The notes beneath the pieces are model-generated. The model searched no databases. It was not told where the DNA came from and saw nothing but the letters and a program-made list of their open reading frames with translations. 64,000 nucleotides of DNA from an uncultured virus (IMG/VR IMGVR_UViG_3300025770_000897). Lineage: Duplodnaviria > Heunggongvirae > Uroviricota > Caudoviricetes. Where the stretch lies: IMG/VR virus record IMGVR_UViG_3300025770_000897; one strand, 5' to 3'. This document shows, one piece after another, positions 58,290 to 64,000 of this stretch (its first letter is position 1; each line of letters starts with the position of its first letter). The position numbers and the translations under genes are program-made.

Positions 58290-59020
58290 TGGGTATCCGA
58301 GTTCAAAATTACGAATGGACTCTTCGTGGAAACGGAACTTATGTCGCCACAGATTATCCACAAGCCCACGTTCAAAACTCAATTTTCATCAGTGATTTCG
58401 GCAATCGTATTGAAATCCCTCCTTTGGTTCGAGAAACTGAGTTTGTTGTTATTCATCAGTTTGGTTGCACCGAAGGTGTTTTGGCTAAACCCAGTGTAAC
58501 AGCCAACCGTCTTTTGTCATGGAAACCCAATGGTTTTATGCAAATCGTGATTAACACCACAGGATATTACCAAGACCCTCAAAATACTTTTTCTGGAGGT
58601 ATCTCTGGCACAGCAGCACCGTATCCGTGGACTGTCACCGATGTTCCACCCCACTACGAACTTTTACCTCCAATTTACATTTTACCTGAGCAAACATGGG
58701 ACTTTCGATTCACTATGCTTAATGACCTTCGTGATTACTGCGCTACGGCGGGCATAACTGAAATCCCTGAAACGACAATTTTGGCTCAATGTTTCGTGCA
58801 ATACCATTTATTTGATGGACCCGATGCTTTAATTTGTCACCAATTACTTGAAATGGGTATTCCAATTACAGTTGATAACGTCGAGTGGTATAAAAGAATC
58901 TTACTTCGTAGCAGAGGTCTTGATACTCAAACATGGGAATACTATCTGTCAGCCATGCAAGCCTACCGAGAAAGAGATGAATACCACGAAAAATACGGTT
59001 CACGCACCCGAAAAGGATAA
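58289..59020 (+). CDS. Capsid-family paralogue 4
   Basis: RVQNYEW, EFVVIH, INTTGYYQDP, PIYILPEQ, FVQYHLFDGPDALI..NVEWYKR; GGAGG RBS. Confidence 0.75.
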   Translation: MGIRVQNYEWTLRGNGTYVATDYPQAHVQNSIFISDFGNRIEIPPLVRETEFVVIHQFGCTEGVLAKPSVTANRLLSWKPNGFMQIVINTTGYYQDPQNTFSGGISGTAAPYPWTVTDVPPHYELLPPIYILPEQTWDFRFTMLNDLRDYCATAGITEIPETTILAQCFVQYHLFDGPDALICHQLLEMGIPITVDNVEWYKRILLRSRGLDTQTWEYYLSAMQAYRERDEYHEKYGSRTRKG

Positions 59021-59069
59021 CTACCACTTCGGGGAAATCTTTAAGTAGTCGGAGCATCCATGAAACTGT

Positions 59070-59999
59070 ATGAGTTACTCTGGTTCTTACGGCGAAAACA
59101 TTCGTGACAGAAAGCGACCTTATCGCAAGCAAGCCCTTCAAACCGGCTATTCTCAAAAAGGTGCAGCAGTAAATAGCACACCACAACCAGTTCACACTTA
59201 TTCAACGGCTACGGTTCAACAAACTGAAGCCATTCGACCCGGAGTGGACCCACACACATTCAATCGGCCAGTTCGCCCTGCGGTAGAAGCCATTGAAGGA
59301 GGTATGCCGATTGCTTCGGCTTTCTTTCCGTGGCACACAGTATCTAAGCCAGAGTCTGCGAACCTTATTCAGCGTCAAAAAGTTAATTTGACCACTACCA
59401 ACATCGCTAACGGTGCTTATCTCGATGCGGTCGTTATCAATGTTTCTAACAACGTCACAGGAACTGATTCATGGACTGGTGGCGCACCAGTTTCCACCGC
59501 TTTCACAGGCACAGCCCCATCTCCCAGACTTCCACAACAAGTCGGAACGATTACTTCCACGCCCGGTGCGCCCAGTAACACTGGTCAAGCCAACCGTCGG
59601 AATGTCAGCACAAACCCAGTGACCAGTCGTGCAGCAGGTGGCACAACCTTTGCACCCTCAATTGCTAATATCACCTCTGGTTCTAATCAATTCATTTATC
59701 GAGTAGCCAGTTTCGGCCATGCTGAAAGCACAGGTGCCGCTAATGGCGTTACTTATCAGATTTGGATTGATGGAAAGTTATTCATGGAATGGCCGGATTT
59801 CCAATGGTCACCTACAATTCCACAGCGAGACCAATGGTTCTTTGAAAATCCATTAGTTGTAGAACAGCAAATTGTCTATCGTGTTATCAACGAAACTGGT
59901 GGAGTCATCAATACTGGTGTAGCCGAGGCTATCTTCTCAGGCTGGGTTGAAAACCGTGACTACTACAACGATGTAGGATACGACCAACTCAAGTCTTGA
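59070..59999 (+). CDS. Structural protein with C-terminal jelly-roll-like domain (vertex candidate)
   Basis: FIYRVASFG, YQIWIDG, FFENPLVV, IVYRVIN, AIFSGW; TATA at 59040. Confidence 0.65.
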   Translation: MSYSGSYGENIRDRKRPYRKQALQTGYSQKGAAVNSTPQPVHTYSTATVQQTEAIRPGVDPHTFNRPVRPAVEAIEGGMPIASAFFPWHTVSKPESANLIQRQKVNLTTTNIANGAYLDAVVINVSNNVTGTDSWTGGAPVSTAFTGTAPSPRLPQQVGTITSTPGAPSNTGQANRRNVSTNPVTSRAAGGTTFAPSIANITSGSNQFIYRVASFGHAESTGAANGVTYQIWIDGKLFMEWPDFQWSPTIPQRDQWFFENPLVVEQQIVYRVINETGGVINTGVAEAIFSGWVENRDYYNDVGYDQLKS

Positions 60000-60011
60000 G
60001 GTGAATAAAAC

Positions 60012-60674
60012 ATGGCATCAATCTACTCTGGCTCCGACGCTGGTAAATCTGGCTTAGAATTGGTGGAACTTGATGGTAGCCCTGATGTTCGAGGAGTTAC
60101 CAAAATCAAAGTTTCCAATACCACGCTCACGGATGATGGCAACGGCGAAGTTACCTTACAAACAGGCGGCGGTGGCGGTGGCGGTGGAACAGTTACCGAA
60201 GTAGCCACAGGAGTCGGATTACAAGGAGGCCCAATTACTACCACAGGAACTATTGCTCTTACCGATACCGCAGTTACACCGGGAGTTTATACCAACGCCA
60301 CAGTTACTGTAAATCAAAAAGGAAGGATAACTGCCGCTTCAAGTGGGACAGGAGGAGGTGTGACACTTTCAGGCAGCACCAACAATACCATTTCCACCGT
60401 CACAGGTGCTAACGCCCTACAAGGAGAAGCCAATTTAACTTTTGACGGCACACTTCTAACAGTTACAGGTAATTTGTCAGTCGGTGTCAATGCAGCCAGC
60501 ACTCTTGGATTTTATGGGGCTACTCCGACGGCTCGTATAACAATTGATGATATTACTGCTGCTCCACCCCCAGACCCCGGACAAGGTGGACAATTTGCTA
60601 CCGTAGATGCTTTGGTCGCTTGGGCTGCTACGGTTCAAGGGCTGATTACTACTATTGGACTCGGAAATGTATGA
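60012..60674 (+). CDS. Fibre/spike protein A1
   Basis: Poly-G hinge, GTVTEVATGVGLQGGPITTTGTI, YTNATVTVNQKGRITAAS, GEANLTFDG. Confidence 0.8.
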   Translation: MASIYSGSDAGKSGLELVELDGSPDVRGVTKIKVSNTTLTDDGNGEVTLQTGGGGGGGGTVTEVATGVGLQGGPITTTGTIALTDTAVTPGVYTNATVTVNQKGRITAASSGTGGGVTLSGSTNNTISTVTGANALQGEANLTFDGTLLTVTGNLSVGVNAASTLGFYGATPTARITIDDITAAPPPDPGQGGQFATVDALVAWAATVQGLITTIGLGNV

Positions 60675-60698
60675 AACTAATGCTGGAGATGATGATTT

Positions 60699-61307
60699 GT
60701 GGCTACTAAATACACCGGTTCAAATGAGGGTGTTGAAGGTCTCCGAATGCGAGACCAAGATGGTAACCCTAACGTCACCCCAGTAACTGAGATTCGAGTT
60801 ACCAACGGCACTTTAACCGATGATGGCAACGGCATAGTCTCTTTGCAGACTGGCGGAGGCGGAGGTGGTGGAGGCACATCTTCAGGACCCACAGGTGCAG
60901 TTCAACTTTCAGACGGTGGCGGTGGTTTCACCAACGATACAGATTTAGATTATGATAGCACCAATGACCGACTCAATTTGGGCGATTCAGCCCTCGGAAC
61001 GGCAGCAACGGCTGTGCCGGGGATAGCAACAATTATTGATTCATGGCCTATTACTACTTATCGTTCTGCTAAATACTCAGTTCAAATTACCGATACAGTT
61101 ACTGCTGAATATCAAACTTCCGAGATAGCAGAACTTCACGATGGAGCCACAGTTATTTTTAATGAATACGGTGTTTTGTTTTCGGGAGGTAACCCACTCG
61201 GAACTTTCGCCGGCAACATTTCTTCGGGTGCGGCTCGCCTTATTTTTACTCCCACTAATGCTAACGCTATGAACATCAAAGTTACTCGAACCTTGTTAGA
61301 AGTCTAA
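60699..61307 (+). CDS. Fibre/spike protein A2
   Basis: N-terminus paralogous to 60012; C-terminal YRSAKY..HDG..EYG domain shared with 61357. Confidence 0.8.
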   Translation: MATKYTGSNEGVEGLRMRDQDGNPNVTPVTEIRVTNGTLTDDGNGIVSLQTGGGGGGGGTSSGPTGAVQLSDGGGGFTNDTDLDYDSTNDRLNLGDSALGTAATAVPGIATIIDSWPITTYRSAKYSVQITDTVTAEYQTSEIAELHDGATVIFNEYGVLFSGGNPLGTFAGNISSGAARLIFTPTNANAMNIKVTRTLLEV

Positions 61308-61356
61308 CGACATCTTTAAATAGCAAAAGGAATAAAGATTTACTGGAGTTGATTTT

Positions 61357-62358
61357 ATGGCCCAAGCACCATTTCGAGTCGCAGCCTTGACAGCCACGGG
61401 CGATGTCACTTTAGGTGCTACTGGACAATTGACTGTCACGGCTTCTAACGGGAACATCGAAACTTCAGGAACCGGAAGTTTCGGAGCAACTACGGTGACC
61501 AGTCTTAACGCCAGTTCTGGTGGAATCACCAATGCAGGTGCAATTGCTGGTGCTACTACAATTAACGCTTCTGGAGCAATCACTGGCGGCACACTTACTG
61601 ACGGAACTGCTTTAACCATAACTGGTGGAAACCTTACTGGTGCTACTACTGTTTCTTCCGTTACTGTCACCGATGGTGCAGGTTCTACTATGACTGGTGG
61701 CTCAGTTACCGCTACAACTCTCACGGATGGTGCTTTCAGCGTTACATCTGGTGCCGTCACAGGCGTAACTACTTTGAATATGTCCTCAACTCTGACCATT
61801 GGAACTGGTGGCACAACTTACGCTTTCCCAACGGCTCGTGGAACTGCAAATCAAATCTTGAAGATTGATGGTTCTGGTAATCTAACTTTCCAAGATGACG
61901 GTGGAGCCACAGGTCCCGGTGGAGCATCTGGAAACATTCAGTTTAACGACGGAGCAGGTGGTTTCAGTGGAGAAGCATCTTTGAATTGGGATTCTACCAA
62001 TGACGTTCTCGAACTCGGAAACGGTGGAACTGCTTACGCTGGTATTGCCAGTAACACTCAAGCCGTTGCTGGTGGAGCAACCACAGCCATTGATACTTTC
62101 GCTCAAACCGCTTATGTGGCTGCTAAATACTTGATTACCGCAGAAAATGTAGGTAACAACGAAGTTCATACCGTAGAACTTTTGATTTCTGGTGACGGCA
62201 CTACTACTAATTTCGTGCCTTTCGCTGATGTCTTTACTGGAGGCGCACCGTTGTTTTCAATTGCAGTATCAGGAACCGGAACTATTTCGATTGATGTTAC
62301 CAATTTAGATGGTGCTAACGCTATCAACGTTCAATTTATGCGAACCACACTTGCTTAA
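61357..62358 (+). CDS. Fibre/spike protein B1, G/T-rich beta-repeat shaft
   Basis: T/G repeats, QILKIDGSGNLTF, C-terminal YVAAKY domain; TTTAAATA at 61315. Confidence 0.8.
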   Translation: MAQAPFRVAALTATGDVTLGATGQLTVTASNGNIETSGTGSFGATTVTSLNASSGGITNAGAIAGATTINASGAITGGTLTDGTALTITGGNLTGATTVSSVTVTDGAGSTMTGGSVTATTLTDGAFSVTSGAVTGVTTLNMSSTLTIGTGGTTYAFPTARGTANQILKIDGSGNLTFQDDGGATGPGGASGNIQFNDGAGGFSGEASLNWDSTNDVLELGNGGTAYAGIASNTQAVAGGATTAIDTFAQTAYVAAKYLITAENVGNNEVHTVELLISGDGTTTNFVPFADVFTGGAPLFSIAVSGTGTISIDVTNLDGANAINVQFMRTTLA

Positions 62359-62397
62359 GCAGAGAGTTTTAAGTAGTCGTGAAACTTTATTCTTATC

Positions 62398-64000
62398 ATG
62401 GCTGAAGTCCCTTTCCGTGTCAAGGATGTAACTGCTTCAGATGAAGTGAAAGTTCCCAGTAGCAAACTTTTCATCAATAATACTGCGGTTACCAGTTCTG
62501 CGGCAGATTTAAATCAACTCGATGGCATAACCCTCGGCACAGCCGCCCAAGCCAACACGGGAGATTTTGCTACGGCTGCACAAGGAGCCACAGCAGACAC
62601 GGCTTTACAAGTGGTAGCCGTAGATGGAACCACAATTACAGGAGATGGAACAGGAGGCAACCCTTTAATCGCAGCCTCACAAGGTATTTCTATCGGAGAT
62701 ACCATCACAGGAGCCACAGAAGGTTCAGTATTATTTGCGGGTTCGTCGGGTGTTCTTACTCAAGACAATGCTAAGTTGTTTTTCGATGACAGCACTAACC
62801 GATTAGGCGTAGGAACAAATAATCCTTCGGTTTTACTTCACCTTCAAGAGAACTCTTTGGATGAAATACTACGGATTGAATCAACAGATGCTACGGCAGG
62901 TTCTAACTCCGCCCCCGATGTAGTGATTAAAAGCCCTAAACAGACCGCTGACGACTACTTAGGAAGTCTTTGGTGGTATGGGAACGATGATGGCGGAAAC
63001 GCCGAAGCATACGCCCGTATAGGGGTAATTTTAGACGACCCTACCGATGGTGTGGAATCAGGTGCTATGTTTATCCAATCCGATATTGAAGGAACTCTTA
63101 GAACCATGCTTTACATAGAAGGCCATACCACAGGCGGAACGGGGCAAGTAGTAACCAATTATAACGCTAAAAATGTCAATTTTAGAACCTTAAATCTCGC
63201 AGCCCCCGCAGGTCCCGGTGGCTACGGTATCGCTCATGATGCTTCCACAGGAAGAATAGGAATTGGGACTTCTGCACCATCTTCACTTTTACACTTAGTA
63301 GGTGTTGATGATGATAATCCAGAACTTCGCATCAGCAGGTCGGGTGTTACCTCTCAATATCTTTCGATGCAAAATGAAGATGCTTCCGGTGGTTTCGTTT
63401 CTTCTCAATCGGGTGAAAGCAATAAAAAGCCACTTTACTTAGAATCCCTCCATAATTCGGGTGGTTCAGCCGCAGGTGATAACTCCATTTTGATTAGAAC
63501 GGGTGCTGCTTCAAGTCCGACTACCAGAGTGACCTTAAGTGATACCGCCAACAAGTTCATAATCGAAAGCGGAACTGTGTTGAGCGTGGATGATAACATA
63601 AGAGTAGGCAATACTTCAGGACCCACAGAAACAGATTATTCAATATCGGCTTCCAAAAGTGCATCCACAGTCTCAGGTGGGTTATTTTCTTCAAGCACTG
63701 GTGAAGGTGCAATTACTAATGATAATGCAGGGTGGTGGCTTACTGCGGCGGGAATGAATACCTCTTCTAAATATACCCCTGCGCTCAAGTTCGGTTCATC
63801 CGACACCGCATTCACTACGGATAGCCCAAAATGGCTTGCAGGTATCATAGGTCGAGCAGGTGAAACGTATTCTTCCGATACTACTGGTGGTATGGCTCTT
63901 GATTTCTTAACTTTCCCCGATGGTGGAGGTGCTACGGGTGGACCCACAACCCGTATGACAATTCACGAAAACGGTTTTGTCGGTATTGGAACAACATCCC
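62398..64000 (+). CDS. Long fibre protein B2, 3'-truncated
   Basis: Hand translation MAEVPFRV..., RLGVGTNNPS, RIGIGTSAPS, GFVGIGTTS fibre repeats; ATG 30 nt after TATA at 62368; absent from the ORF track, presumably because it runs off the window. Confidence 0.85.
   Translation, partial: MAEVPFRVKDVTASDEVKVPSSKLFINNTAVTSSAADLNQLDGITLGTAAQANTGDFATAAQGATADTALQVVAVDGTTITGDGTGGNPLIAASQGISIGDTITGATEGSVLFAGSSGVLTQDNAKLFFDDSTNRLGVGTNNPSVLLHLQENSLDEILRIESTDATAGSNSAPDVVIKSPKQTADDYLGSLWWYGNDDGGNAEAYARIGVILDDPTDGVESGAMFIQSDIEGTLRTMLYIEGHTTGGTGQVVTNYNAKNVNFRTLNLAAPAGPGGYGIAHDASTGRIGIGTSAPSSLLHLVGVDDDNPELRISRSGVTSQYLSMQNEDASGGFVSSQSGESNKKPLYLESLHNSGGSAAGDNSILIRTGAASSPTTRVTLSDTANKFIIESGTVLSVDDNIRVGNTSGPTETDYSISASKSASTVSGGLFSSSTGEGAITNDNAGWWLTAAGMNTSSKYTPALKFGSSDTAFTTDSPKWLAGIIGRAGETYSSDTTGGMALDFLTFPDGGGATGGPTTRMTIHENGFVGIGTTS

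Noticed and set aside
60012..64000. Tailed bacteriophage assignment from the fibre genes
   Set aside because: Fibre repeats are widely shared; no terminase, portal, sheath, tube or tape measure was recognised and the promoters are archaeal. Such genes outside the window cannot be excluded.

Overview
A 64-kb, gene-dense window in which every credible gene is on the + strand. It reads as the structural/morphogenesis region of a large, probably undescribed archaeal virus. The host is inferred to be a euryarchaeote, and Marine Group II/Poseidoniales is a tentative guess. An archaeal TATA box (TTTAAGTA or a close variant, often after a BRE-like CGAAG) precedes about 40 genes; in about 30 cases its first base lies exactly 30 nt before the start codon, implying leaderless mRNAs. 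Internal genes use GGTGA/GGAG Shine-Dalgarno sites. No terminase, portal, HK97 capsid, tail tube or DNA polymerase was recognised. Instead there is a family of five beta-rich, jelly-roll-like capsid paralogues (one apparently split across two genes), a membrane-anchored HerA/FtsK ATPase, a MoxR AAA+/VWA/HExxH-peptidase module, a Get3/ArsA ATPase, a second AAA ATPase, a GT2 glycosyltransferase, four modular fibre genes and more than 25 small membrane proteins. The most striking feature is a set of membrane-anchored mosaic proteins built from short shuffled modules (a GHGVPQWYG repeat, RRNxKGQF repeats, and DVNP-like, WGR and zinc-ribbon modules). These modules are consistently bounded by an x-(A/S)-E motif. 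This suggests a tail-anchored polyprotein cargo system that is inserted by a viral Get3 and matured by a Glu-specific protease. All family assignments were made by eye from motifs; no database search was run.
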